In this document: positions 54,925 to 64,000 of the stretch, piece by piece
Position numbering within the stretch: position 1 is the stretch's first letter
How the letters are laid out: the number at the start of each line of letters is the position of its first letter
Source: Burkholderiaceae bacterium
Lineage (GTDB): Bacteria; Pseudomonadota; Gammaproteobacteria; Burkholderiales; Burkholderiaceae_C
Length of the DNA stretch: 64,000 bases
Assembly: GCA_018780645.1 (NCBI GenBank)
Contig: JADMJJ010000040.1
Span: 28,346-92,345, forward strand
Direction: 5' to 3'
The notes under the pieces: generated by a model
Told to the model about the DNA's origin: nothing
Database searches by the model: none
What the model saw: the letters and a program-made list of their open reading frames with translations, nothing else
Program-made: the position numbers and the translations under genes

Positions 54925-54952
54925 GCCGGTGTGCAACGAAAAAAGCGAGCGA

Positions 54953-55012
54953 GTAGCCCGGATGAAATCCGGGGCAGGTCTCGAAGTGGCTCCCGGATTT
55001 CATCCGGGCTAC
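54953..55012. repeat. Variant REP-like inverted pair (loop TGAAA instead of TGCAA)
   Basis: GTAGCCCGGATGAAATCCGGGG at 54953-54974 and TCCCGGATTTCATCCGGGCTAC at 54991-55012. Confidence 0.85.
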
Positions 55013-55022
55013 GAACAGCGCC

Positions 55023-55670
55023 TCAGCGCAAGGTCGGCTTGGCGTCCGTCGCGGCCTGATCCAGCGCGGTGGCCGGCAGCGTGGCGCGGCGCGCGCCGGT
55101 GAAGCGCTTGTTCCAGTAGGCCTCGCGCATGTCTTCCACGCGCACCGACGAGCCGGAGCGCGGGGCATGGATGAACTTGCCTTCGCCCACGTAAATGCCC
55201 ACGTGGGAGAAGGTGCGGCGCATGGTGTTGAAGAACACCAGATCGCCCGGCCTCAGTTCGTCGCGCTTGACCGCCATCAGCGCCTTGTCCTTGGCCTGGT
55301 CATCGGCGCGGTGCGGCAGCACCAGCCCCAAGCTCAGCTCGAAGATGTGGCGGGTGAAGCCGCTGCAATCAAAACCTTCCTCGGCACTGCTGCCGCCGCG
55401 GCGGTAGGGCACGCCCAGGAAATTCATCGCCGACAGCACCATGTCCGAGGTGGTGTCGCGCATGCGGTCGATGAAGACGGTGGAACTCTCGGCCGCTGCG
55501 GCGCTGATGATGCCGCGGTCGCTCAGGAAGCGCGACACCGGATCAACCGGCGGGCTTTGCTGGGCCATCACCGTTGGCGATGCGCCCAGTGCGCCCAGCA
55601 CAAGACCCAGGGCACCGAGTCGGCGCAGCGCTGGGGTCAGGGCGTGGGATGGGCGGGATTTCACGGGCAC
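55023..55670 (-). CDS. C40 family (NlpC/P60) cell-wall peptidase
   Basis: Signal sequence, catalytic FDCSGFTRHIF (Cys) and SHVGIYVGEGKFIHAP (His). Confidence 0.88.
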   Translation of the reverse strand: MPVKSRPSHALTPALRRLGALGLVLGALGASPTVMAQQSPPVDPVSRFLSDRGIISAAAAESSTVFIDRMRDTTSDMVLSAMNFLGVPYRRGGSSAEEGFDCSGFTRHIFELSLGLVLPHRADDQAKDKALMAVKRDELRPGDLVFFNTMRRTFSHVGIYVGEGKFIHAPRSGSSVRVEDMREAYWNKRFTGARRATLPATALDQAATDAKPTLR

Positions 55671-55884
55671 GGGGCGCAGGATAGAGGCGCGGCCATGCCA
55701 CTGTCAAGGTGAAAATCCCTTTGAAGACAATGATTTACAAGGGTTTACCATGAACTCTAAGGGCCTTGTGCGATGCCTCAAACAAGCCGCGAACAAGGAC
55801 GTAGCGGCCGTGAAAAAGCACACGGGTCAGGCTCTCGTCAGACCCCTGCACTGAAATGTGGGCGAGCGAACGAGGAGACAAGAC

Positions 55885-57774
55885 ATGAGCGTTTACAGCG
55901 ACTTCTACCAGCGGTCGGTCGAGCAGCCGGACGCGTTCTGGGCCGAGCAGGCCCGGCTGATCGATTGGCAGCAGCCCTTCACCCAGGTCTGCGACGACAG
56001 CAAGCCGCCGTTTGCGAACTGGTTTGTCGGCGGACGCACCAATCTGTGCCACAACGCGGTGGACCGCCATGTGCTGACCCGGCCCGACCAGAACGCGCTG
56101 ATCTTTGTGTCCACCGAGACCGGCCAGGAGCGCTGCTACAGTTTTCGCGAGCTGCAGGCCGAGGTGCAGCGCATGGCCGCCTGCCTGCTGGCCCTGGGCG
56201 TGCAGCAGGGCGACCGGGTGCTGATCTATATGCCGATGATTCCCGAGGCGGCATTTGCGATGCTGGCCTGTGCGCGCATCGGCGCCATCCACAGCGTGGT
56301 CTTCGGCGGCTTTGCCAGCGGCAGCCTGGCCAGCCGCATCGACGATGCGCAGCCGACGGTGATCGTCAGCGCCGATGCCGGCAGCCGCGCCGGCAAGGTC
56401 ATCGCCTACAAGCCCCTGTTGGACGAGGCCATCACGCTGGCCACCCACAAGCCGGGTCAGGTCTTGCTGGTGGACCGTGGCCTGGCGACCATGGCCATGA
56501 CCGCGGGCCGCGATGTGGCCTATGGCCCCCTGCGCGAGCAGCATCTGCACACCGAGGTGCCCTGTGTCTGGCTGCCGTCCGAGCACATCAGCTACACGCT
56601 CTACACCTCGGGCACCACCGGCAAGCCCAAGGGCGTGCAACGCGACACCGGTGGCTATGCCGTGGCCCTGGCCGCCAGCATGAAGCACATCTACTGCGGC
56701 AATGCGGGCGAGACCTATTTTTCGACCAGCGACATCGGCTGGGTCGTCGGCCACAGCTACATCGTCTATGGCCCCTTGATCGCCGGCATGGCCACCATCA
56801 TGTACGAGGGCCTGCCGACCCGGCCCGATGCCGGCATCTGGTGGAGCCTGGTCGAGAAGTACAAGGTGACGGTGATGTTCAGTGCGCCCACCGCCGTGCG
56901 GGTATTGAAGAAGCAGGACCCGGCCCAGCTGAGCCGCTACGACCTCAGCTCGTTGCGCGCGCTGTTCCTGGCCGGCGAGCCGCTGGACGAACCGACCGCG
57001 CGCTGGATCGCCGAGGCGCTGGGCAAGCCCATCATCGACAACTACTGGCAGACCGAGAGCGGCTGGCCCATCCTGAGCATTGCCAATGGCGTGGAGCGCA
57101 AGCCCAGTAAGTTCGGCAGCCCCGGCGTGCCGATGTACGGCTACAAGGTCAAGCTGCTGAACGAGAACACCGGCGAGGAGCTCATCGGAGCGAATCAGAA
57201 GGGCGTGGTCGTGATCGAGGGCCCGCTGCCGCCGGGCTGCATGCAGACCGTCTGGCGCGACGATGCCCGCTTCGTCAGCACCTACTGGAGCAGCGTGCCC
57301 GGCAAGCTGGTCTACAGCACCTTCGACTGGGGCGTGCGCGACGAGGACGGCTACTACTTCATCCTCGGCCGCACCGATGATGTGATCAATGTCGCCGGCC
57401 ATCGTCTGGGCACGAGGGAGATCGAGGAGAGCATTGCCGCGCACCCGAATGTGGCCGAGGTCGCGGTGGTGGGCATTGCCGACGCACTGAAGGGCCAGGT
57501 CGCCATCGCCTTTGCCGTGTTGAAGGACACCGCTGCGCTGACCGATGCCACCTTGGCGCTGAAGCTGGAGGGCGAGATCATGAAGCGTGTCGACGAGTCG
57601 CTGGGCGCAGTGGCGCGGCCGGCGCGCGTGCGCTTTGTCAGCGTGCTGCCCAAGACCCGCTCGGGCAAGCTGCTGCGCCGCGCCATCCAGGCCGTCTGCG
57701 AGCAGCGCGACCCGGGCGATCTGACGACGATGGAAGATCCGGCCGCGCTGCAGCAGATCCGCGACCTGCTCTAG
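55885..57774 (+). CDS. prpE: Propionate--CoA ligase
   Basis: GAGGAG lies before the ATG at 55885. MSVYSDFYQRSVEQPDAFWAEQARLIDWQQPF closely parallels the enterobacterial PrpE N-terminus. The AMP-binding motif YTSGTTGKPKGV is present. Confidence 0.9.
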   Translation: MSVYSDFYQRSVEQPDAFWAEQARLIDWQQPFTQVCDDSKPPFANWFVGGRTNLCHNAVDRHVLTRPDQNALIFVSTETGQERCYSFRELQAEVQRMAACLLALGVQQGDRVLIYMPMIPEAAFAMLACARIGAIHSVVFGGFASGSLASRIDDAQPTVIVSADAGSRAGKVIAYKPLLDEAITLATHKPGQVLLVDRGLATMAMTAGRDVAYGPLREQHLHTEVPCVWLPSEHISYTLYTSGTTGKPKGVQRDTGGYAVALAASMKHIYCGNAGETYFSTSDIGWVVGHSYIVYGPLIAGMATIMYEGLPTRPDAGIWWSLVEKYKVTVMFSAPTAVRVLKKQDPAQLSRYDLSSLRALFLAGEPLDEPTARWIAEALGKPIIDNYWQTESGWPILSIANGVERKPSKFGSPGVPMYGYKVKLLNENTGEELIGANQKGVVVIEGPLPPGCMQTVWRDDARFVSTYWSSVPGKLVYSTFDWGVRDEDGYYFILGRTDDVINVAGHRLGTREIEESIAAHPNVAEVAVVGIADALKGQVAIAFAVLKDTAALTDATLALKLEGEIMKRVDESLGAVARPARVRFVSVLPKTRSGKLLRRAIQAVCEQRDPGDLTTMEDPAALQQIRDLL

Positions 57775-57907
57775 GGGTTTCTTCGGGGGGCTGTTTGCAG
57801 TTCATCCCATCGGATGCTGCGTTCGTCGCATCCGCCTCGTGTCCAGGGCCGGGCAGGGCACAATCCGCGCGCGCGCCGCGACCTGCGACGCATCCGACGG
57901 AGACCCC

Positions 57908-59890
57908 ATGAAGAGACCCCTGATCGCCGGCGCCTGTGCGCTCCTGCTGCAAGCCAGCGCCATCCATGCCCAGACCCCGGCTTCGCTGCCCGGCCCGGCC
58001 TTTCCGCGGTTCTTGAGCGATGCCGAGATCAAGGCCGCCTGCGACTCGGGCCTGAAGGGCGCGGGCGAGCGGGTCAAGACGCTGGAGAAGCGGGCCGTCG
58101 ACAAGGGCTGGCTGGCCGCCCTGGATGATCTGTATGCCTACCAGGAAGACGTGCAGTACCCGATCGAGTTCGTGCTCAATGTGCACCCCGACAAGGCGGT
58201 GCGTGACGCCGCCCAGGCCTGCTCGCAGCGCTGGGCCGAGTTCAGTTCGGCCCTGGGTCAGAACGAGAAGGTCTACCGCAGTCTGAAGAAGGCACCGACG
58301 GTCGATGCGATCGACCGCGAGCTGGTGCGTGTCAGCCTGGGTCAGTTCGAGGATAGCGGCGTGGCTCTGGCGGGCGCCAAGCGCACCCGTGCCAAGCAGA
58401 TCCTGGACAAGCTCAACGAACTGAGCCAGGCCTTCGAGAAGAACATCCGTGACGCCGGCACGCAGGTTGCGTTCGACGAGGCCGAACTGAAGGGCGTGCC
58501 CGAGTCGGTGTGGAAGAACGCCAAGCGCGACGCCGCCGGCAAGATCCTGCTGGGCCTGGACTACCCGAGCTACATCCCCGTGCTGCAAAGCGCCGAGAAC
58601 GGCGCCACCCGCGAGCGCATGTGGCGGGCCAAGATGAACGAGGGCGGCGAGCCCAACCTGAAGCTGCTGTCCGAGATCACCACGCTGCGCAACGAGTACG
58701 CCAAGCTGTTCGGCTTCGACAACTACGTGGACTTCAATCTGCGCCGCCGCATGGCCAAGGACGGCAAGACCGCCTGGAAGTTCCTGGACGAGGTCAAGAC
58801 CGCGGTGACCGAGGGCGAGCGCAGCGATCTGGTCGATCTGCGCGCGGCCAAGGCCCAGCACCTGGGTCTGGCACCCGAGGCAGCCAAGGTCGAGCGCTGG
58901 GATGCCACCTTCTATGCCGAGCGCGTGCGCCTGCAGCGCTACAGCGTCGATCAGGAGGCCTTCCGTCAATACTTCCCGCCACAGGAGAGCCTGCTGTTCG
59001 CGATGCGCATCATCGAGAAGATGATGGGCGTCAAGTACACGCCCGTGAAGGCCGAACTGTGGCATCCCGAAGCCCAGGCCTTTGTCGTCAGCGATGCCAC
59101 GAGCGGCAAGGCCCTGGCGACGATGTATGTGGACCTCTATCCGCGCGATGGCAAGTACAACCATGCGGCCGTCTGGCCGCTTCGCTCCAGCAGCACCCGC
59201 CTGGGCCGCACGCCCACGGCGGCCCTGGTCGTCAACTTCGACCGCAAGGGCCTGACCCTGGACGAGGTCGAGACGCTGCTGCACGAGCTGGGCCATGCGG
59301 TGCACAACAATCTGTCGAACACCCGCTATGCGGCACAGGGCGGCACAGCGGTGATGCATGACTTCGTCGAAGCGCCCTCGCAGATGCTGGAGGACTGGGT
59401 CTATGACAAGAAGGTGCTGCGCCTGATGGCCGAGGTCTGCCCGGCCTGCAAGCCGGTGCCGGACGAGCTGGTCGACAAGGCGGTAGCCGCGAAGAACTTC
59501 GGCAAGGGTTCGCTGTACAGCCGCCAGCATCTGTTTGCCAGTTATGACCTGGCCCTGCATGGCGCGCAGGTGAGTGACCCGATGGCGCTGTGGACCAAGA
59601 TGGAGGGCGCCACGCCGCTGGGCTATGTGCCGGGCACGCGGTTCCCGGCCGGTTTTGGCCATATCGCCAGCCACTACGGCGCCGGCTATTACGGCTATCT
59701 GTGGAGCCTGGTGGTGGCGATGGATCTGCGCACCGAGTTCAAGGCGGACAAGCTGGGCACGGCCGTCGGCCAGCGCTACCGCAACGTGGTGCTGGGCAAT
59801 GGCGGTCAGCGCCCGGCGCCCGAGCTGGTGAGCGAGTTCCTGAAGCGCGAGTCCAACTCCAAGGCGTTTTACGACTACCTGAAGAAGTAG
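57908..59890 (+). CDS. Secreted M3 family zinc metallopeptidase (Dcp / oligopeptidase-like)
   Basis: The ATG at 57908 gives the signal peptide MKRPLIAGACALLLQASAIHA. The HELGHAVH zinc motif is followed by a downstream FVEAPSQMLE block. Confidence 0.88.
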   Translation: MKRPLIAGACALLLQASAIHAQTPASLPGPAFPRFLSDAEIKAACDSGLKGAGERVKTLEKRAVDKGWLAALDDLYAYQEDVQYPIEFVLNVHPDKAVRDAAQACSQRWAEFSSALGQNEKVYRSLKKAPTVDAIDRELVRVSLGQFEDSGVALAGAKRTRAKQILDKLNELSQAFEKNIRDAGTQVAFDEAELKGVPESVWKNAKRDAAGKILLGLDYPSYIPVLQSAENGATRERMWRAKMNEGGEPNLKLLSEITTLRNEYAKLFGFDNYVDFNLRRRMAKDGKTAWKFLDEVKTAVTEGERSDLVDLRAAKAQHLGLAPEAAKVERWDATFYAERVRLQRYSVDQEAFRQYFPPQESLLFAMRIIEKMMGVKYTPVKAELWHPEAQAFVVSDATSGKALATMYVDLYPRDGKYNHAAVWPLRSSSTRLGRTPTAALVVNFDRKGLTLDEVETLLHELGHAVHNNLSNTRYAAQGGTAVMHDFVEAPSQMLEDWVYDKKVLRLMAEVCPACKPVPDELVDKAVAAKNFGKGSLYSRQHLFASYDLALHGAQVSDPMALWTKMEGATPLGYVPGTRFPAGFGHIASHYGAGYYGYLWSLVVAMDLRTEFKADKLGTAVGQRYRNVVLGNGGQRPAPELVSEFLKRESNSKAFYDYLKK

Positions 59891-59933
59891 GGCGGGCGGG
59901 GTTTCCTTGCCCCGAGTCGTCGATACTTCGGGC

Positions 59934-61379
59934 ATGAGCGATCTCTCTTCGCGCCCCGTGCTGACCCCCGCAGCACGGCGCTTCCTGCCCTGGGTCGTGG
60001 CGCTGGCGTTCTTCATGCAGACGCTGGACACGACGATTCTGAACACCGCCTTGCCCGGCATGGCGCGTGACCTGGGCGAGAACCCGCTGCGCATGCAGTC
60101 GGCCGTGGTGGCCTATATGCTGACGGTGGCGCTGCTGATACCGGCCTCCGGCTGGCTGGCCGACCGCTTCGGCACTCGCACCCTGTTCCTGTGGGCGATC
60201 GGCCTGTTCAGCGCCGGTTCGCTGGCCTGCGCGCTGAGCAGCTCGCTGAACATGCTGGTTGCCGCGCGGGTGCTGCAGGGGGTGGGCGGGGCCCTGTTGG
60301 TGCCGGTCGGGCGGCTGACCGTGCTGCGCGCCTTTCCGCGCGAAGAGTTCCTGCCGGTGATGACCTTCATCGCCATTCCCGGGCTGGTCGGTCCGCTGAT
60401 CGGCCCGGCGCTGGGCGGCCTGCTGGTCGAGTACGTCAGCTGGCACTGGATCTTCCTGATCAATCTGCCGGTCGGTGTGGCCGGCGTGCTGGCCAGCCTG
60501 CGCTTCATGCCGCAGCTGAAGAGCCAGCGGGCGGCGCCGTTCGATTGGGGCGGCTATTTGCTGTTCAGCCTTGGGCTGATGCTGCTGTCGGTGGCGCTGC
60601 AGGGTTTTGGCGAGCAGGTTGTCGGCTCCGCCGTGGCCATGGTGCTCCTGGTGGCCGGAGCGGCCTGCATGATGGCCTACTGGCTGCACGCCGCGCGCGC
60701 GCCCGAGCCGCTGTTCAGCATGACGCTGTTCACGATACCGACCTACCGCATCGGCATCATCGGCAATGTGTTCGCGCGCCTGGGCAGTGGCGCCACGCCG
60801 TTCCTGATGCCGATGTTTCTGCAGCTGGGCCTGGGCTTCTCGCCCAGCGCGGCCGGCCTGTCCATGGTGCCCACGGTGATGGGCGCCATGCTGACCAAGA
60901 CGGTGGCCATCAAGCTGATCAAGCGCCTGGGCTACCGGCGGGTGCTGGTCGCCAACACGCTGGCCCTGGGTGCGATGATCGCCAGCTTCGCGCTGGTGGA
61001 CCGCCACACCACCCATCTGTGGCTGGCCCTGCACCTGGGCCTGTTCGGCATGATCAACAGCATGCAGTTCACGGCGATGAACACGCTCACGCTTGGGGAT
61101 CTGGACGCCGCCACGGCCAGCAGCGGCAACAGCCTGCTGTCGGTGGTGATGCAGCTGTCGATGAGCCTGGGCGTGGCGACCTCCAGTACCCTGCTGCTGC
61201 TGTTCTCGGGCGTCGGCAATGTGCACTCGGGCCTTGGCTCCAGCGTAGATCTGGTGCCAGCCTTTCACGCCACCTATCTGGCCATCGGCAGCATGGCGGC
61301 ACTGGCTTCGTTCATCTTCTACCAGCTGCGCCACCACGAGGGGGCCAGCGACGCGCAGGACACGATGGGGCAGGAGTAG
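59934..61379 (+). CDS. MFS transporter, DHA2 (14-TM, EmrB/MdtD-like) family
   Basis: MQTLDTTILNTALPGMARDL...ASGWLADRFGTR. Many hydrophobic helices across about 480 aa. Confidence 0.9.
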   Translation: MSDLSSRPVLTPAARRFLPWVVALAFFMQTLDTTILNTALPGMARDLGENPLRMQSAVVAYMLTVALLIPASGWLADRFGTRTLFLWAIGLFSAGSLACALSSSLNMLVAARVLQGVGGALLVPVGRLTVLRAFPREEFLPVMTFIAIPGLVGPLIGPALGGLLVEYVSWHWIFLINLPVGVAGVLASLRFMPQLKSQRAAPFDWGGYLLFSLGLMLLSVALQGFGEQVVGSAVAMVLLVAGAACMMAYWLHAARAPEPLFSMTLFTIPTYRIGIIGNVFARLGSGATPFLMPMFLQLGLGFSPSAAGLSMVPTVMGAMLTKTVAIKLIKRLGYRRVLVANTLALGAMIASFALVDRHTTHLWLALHLGLFGMINSMQFTAMNTLTLGDLDAATASSGNSLLSVVMQLSMSLGVATSSTLLLLFSGVGNVHSGLGSSVDLVPAFHATYLAIGSMAALASFIFYQLRHHEGASDAQDTMGQE

Positions 61380-61382
61380 CCC

Positions 61383-62231
61383 TCAGTCGGCTTGAGAGCG
61401 CAGCCAGTCCGCCTCGATGAAGCGAAGCACGCTGTCTTCGTCGTGGTGGCCAATGACCTGGTGCGCATGGCGCTTCAGCTCGTCGATGGCGTTGGCCATG
61501 GCAATGCCGCGGTGGGCGGCGCGCATCATGCCGACATCGTTGATCTGGTCGCCGAACACGACGATCTCGCGCTCATGCAGGCCATAGCGTTCGGCCAGCG
61601 TCTTGATCGCCTGATCCTTGGTGGCGCGACGGTCATGCACGGTGAGCCAGAACCAGCCCGGCAGGTAGAGGTCATCGGCCAGATGGCATTCGACGCGCGC
61701 GCCGAACCGGGCCTCGATCTCGGCCTCCAGCGCCTGCAGCGGCCCCTCGCGATCGACGACCACAAAGGTCACGGCAGGATCGATCAGCTCGTCCTGCAGA
61801 CGCTCGGTACGACACAGCCGCGGGTCGCGATTGGCAATGCGCTCCTCGATGAAGCGCTGCTGGCCATGGTTCTGAGCCTCGATATGGAACAGGTGGTCAC
61901 CGCGCGGTCCATGAGTCGCGAAGAAGGGCGTCAGGCCCAACCGGACGATCAACGCGAACACCTCCTGTGCCAGCGCCGGCTCCATCGCATGGACCAGCTC
62001 ATGCTTGCAGGTCGCCAGCTCGCTGATGCAGGCGCCGTTGGTCGAGATCACCGGCAGCCGCAAAGGCAGATCGCCGAGCAGATGTCGGATCGACGAAACA
62101 TGGCGCGCGCTGGCGACGGTGAACAGCAGGCCTTCGTCGAGCAGGCGGGTCAGGCCCGCGCGGGTGCGGTCGGAAAGCCTGCCGGACCTGTCAAGCAAGG
62201 TGCCGTCCAGGTCGGACACATAAAGAGTCAT
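61383..62231 (-). CDS. Cof-type HAD-IIB family hydrolase
   Basis: The ATG at 62231 gives MTLYVSDLDGTLLD (motif I). The C-terminal motif is VFGDQINDVGMM. Confidence 0.85.
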   Translation of the reverse strand: MTLYVSDLDGTLLDRSGRLSDRTRAGLTRLLDEGLLFTVASARHVSSIRHLLGDLPLRLPVISTNGACISELATCKHELVHAMEPALAQEVFALIVRLGLTPFFATHGPRGDHLFHIEAQNHGQQRFIEERIANRDPRLCRTERLQDELIDPAVTFVVVDREGPLQALEAEIEARFGARVECHLADDLYLPGWFWLTVHDRRATKDQAIKTLAERYGLHEREIVVFGDQINDVGMMRAAHRGIAMANAIDELKRHAHQVIGHHDEDSVLRFIEADWLRSQAD

Positions 62232-62303
62232 AAAGAGATAAACAGCTACAGACGGTTGGGGTCGGAGCTGCCGGGGGTACCCGACAGGTCCAACCCGCAA
62301 GTC

Positions 62304-63869
62304 TTAGAGAACGTCAGACGCGAAGTCCGCCAGTCGCGAACGCTCGCCACGCGCCAAGGTCACATGCCCGCCATGGGCCCAGCCCTTGAAACGGTCCACC
62401 GCATAGGTCAGGCCGGAGCTGCCCTCGGTCAGATAGGGTGTGTCGATCTGCGCCAGATTGCCCAGGCAGATGATCTTGGTGCCAGGGCCGGCACGGGTGA
62501 TCAGGGTCTTCATCTGCTTGGGGGTCAGGTTTTGCGCCTCGTCGATGATGACGAACTTGTTCAGGAAGGTGCGGCCGCGCATGAAGTTCAGGCTCTTGAT
62601 CTTGATCTTGCTGCGCACCAGGTCATTGGTTGCGGCGCGCCCCCATTCGCCGGCGCCGCTGTCGCCTCGGGCCAGCACTTCGAGGTTGTCGTCCAGCGCG
62701 CCCATCCAGGGGCTCATCTTTTCTTCCTCGGTGCCGGGCAGGAAGCCGATGTCCTCACCGACCGGCACGGTCACGCGAGTGACGATGATCTCGGTGTAGC
62801 GGCGGTCATCGAGCACCTGCGACAGGGCCGAGGCCAAGGTCATCAGGGTCTTGCCGGTGCCGGCCGTGCCGGTCAGCGTGATGAAGTCGCAGTCCGGATC
62901 CATCAGCAGGTTCAGCGCGAAGTTCTGTTCGCGATTGCGCGCGGCCACGCCCCAGACGGCATTCTTCTGATGGCTGTAGTCCTTCAAGGTGCGCAGCACG
63001 GCGTGCTTGCCGGTGATCTCGGTCACCTTGGCATACAGCGACGTGGCGCCGGGGGCTTCCAGATAGACGAACTGGTTGACCATCAGCGCCGGCACCATGG
63101 GCCCGCTGATGCGGTAATAGGTCAGGCCGGCCTGCTGCCAGCTCTCCATGGTCTTGCCATGGTGCTCCCAGAAATCGGCGGGCAGGGGCAGCACGCCGGT
63201 GTAGAGCAGATCGCCGTCTTCCAGCGTCTTGTCATTGAAATAGTCTTCGGCGGGCAGGCCCAGCGCGCGGGCCTTGATGCGCATATTGATGTCCTTGGAC
63301 ACCAGCACCACCTCGCGCTTGGGCTGCTGCTTGCGCAAGGCCTGCACCACGGCCAGGATCTGGTTGTCGGCCTTGCCCTGGGGCAGGCCGGCGGGCAGCA
63401 CCGTCTCCATCAGGCCGGTCTGGAAGAACAGCTTGCCGCCGGCCTCGCGGTGGCCGGTGTGGGCCAGGGACAGGCCTTCCGCCATGTCTTCGGCCGTGTT
63501 CTTGCTGCCGCTGGGCAGGCTGGCGGCCAGCGCGTCCAGCTCTCGGCTGACCTGGCGCACATTGCGCGAGACCTCGGTCATGCCCTTCTTGTGACCGTCC
63601 AGCTCTTCCAGCGTGATCATCGGCAGATAGATGTCATGTTCCTCAAAGCGGAACAGCGACATCGGGTCGTGCATCAAGACATTGGTGTCGAGCACGAACA
63701 GCTTGGCCGGACCGGTGCCGCGCGGCTTGCGGGTGCGCGGCTCGGGCGACTTGCGGTTGGCCGCGCCGTTGTGGGCCGGCAGTATCAATGGGGCAGGGCT
63801 GCTGGGCGCGGGCGGTAGGGCGACCGGTGCCTTGGCCTTGGCTTGAGGAGCGGGAGGGGCTACCGCCAC
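62304..63869 (-). CDS. PhoH2-type protein (N-terminal PIN domain fused to PhoH ATPase); the 5' end is uncertain because the frame stays open to the window end
   Basis: PIN block KLFVLDTNVLMHDP...LEELD, Walker A LTGTAGTGKTLM, Walker B FVIIDEAQN. The region upstream of the GTG at 63869 is an Ala/Pro-rich tract with no stop codon up to 64000. Confidence 0.88.
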   Translation of the reverse strand: MAVAPPAPQAKAKAPVALPPAPSSPAPLILPAHNGAANRKSPEPRTRKPRGTGPAKLFVLDTNVLMHDPMSLFRFEEHDIYLPMITLEELDGHKKGMTEVSRNVRQVSRELDALAASLPSGSKNTAEDMAEGLSLAHTGHREAGGKLFFQTGLMETVLPAGLPQGKADNQILAVVQALRKQQPKREVVLVSKDINMRIKARALGLPAEDYFNDKTLEDGDLLYTGVLPLPADFWEHHGKTMESWQQAGLTYYRISGPMVPALMVNQFVYLEAPGATSLYAKVTEITGKHAVLRTLKDYSHQKNAVWGVAARNREQNFALNLLMDPDCDFITLTGTAGTGKTLMTLASALSQVLDDRRYTEIIVTRVTVPVGEDIGFLPGTEEEKMSPWMGALDDNLEVLARGDSGAGEWGRAATNDLVRSKIKIKSLNFMRGRTFLNKFVIIDEAQNLTPKQMKTLITRAGPGTKIICLGNLAQIDTPYLTEGSSGLTYAVDRFKGWAHGGHVTLARGERSRLADFASDVL

Positions 63870-64000
63870 GGCCGCAGCGGTGACGCGGGTTTCACGTGCC
63901 GGCGCAGCTGCCGGGCGCGGGCGGGCGGCGCTGGGGCTTTTTCGGGCTGCGGTGGCCGTGGCTTCAAAGTCGGCGGCGGAGAGGAGGCTGGCTCGTTTTG

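Noticed and set aside
59891-59933. Short hairpin CGGGG-N7-CCCCG after the M3 peptidase gene, considered as a terminator
   Set aside because: The stem is only 5 bp with no T-tract, which is too weak to call.
55735-63818. Three very long antisense ORFs: 55735-57444 (minus), 57638-60094 (minus) and 61392-63818 (plus)
   Set aside because: Each lies opposite recognisable genes (prpE; M3 peptidase and MFS transporter; HAD hydrolase and PhoH2) and has shadow-ORF composition.

Overview
Very GC-rich chromosomal segment. Gene content and order look proteobacterial and probably Burkholderiales-like, but that taxon call is inference only. Most long ORFs on the strand opposite recognisable genes are GC-driven shadow ORFs. 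Supported content, in order:

- A 5'-partial-window S8 subtilase with autotransporter-type repeats, then hrpA.
- A signalling cluster: a degenerate Hanks pseudokinase-HDOD, an intact Hanks kinase-HDOD-GAF, a soluble PAS histidine kinase, a convergent OmpR-type regulator and an Aer-like PAS-MCP.
- A GNAT, a frameshifted secreted-protein gene, and a divergent PurM-family gene.
- Housekeeping genes: dnaX-ybaB-recR, a MAPEG protein, mltD, gloB, a SAM methyltransferase and rnhA.
- A two-gene RND efflux pair (adaptor plus pump, no outer-membrane factor).
- An unbroken minus-strand run from 28.6 to 44.4 kb. It starts with an array of small enzyme and stress-type genes that includes five GNAT domains: a 2H-phosphoesterase::GNAT fusion, FMN reductase, VOC, DUF488, SnoaL, YciI-like, DoxX, DUF2867, methyltransferase, a decayed cupin and a PhyH-like oxygenase.
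- The run continues with a molybdenum-cofactor operon (moaA-mobA-GNAT-moeA-GNAT, which adds two more GNATs and brings the run to seven GNAT domains in about 11 kb), then gshA and paaY.
- A phenylacetate catabolic cluster: paaY / paaG-I-K-A-B-C-D-E, a TetR regulator, an orphan binding protein and paaZ.
- An NlpC/P60 peptidase, prpE, an M3 metallopeptidase, a DHA2-type MFS transporter, a Cof-type HAD hydrolase and a PIN-PhoH (PhoH2) ATPase.

A 22-nt REP-like palindromic unit (GTAGCCCGGATGCAATCCGGGG) occurs at five intergenic sites, once as a perfect 44-bp palindrome. I saw no rRNA, tRNA, CRISPR array, transposase or integrase.

The observations most worth follow-up are the tandem pseudokinase/kinase-HDOD pair, the 2H::GNAT fusion, the GNAT genes translationally coupled inside the Moco operon, and the REP family with its effects on neighbouring gene ends.
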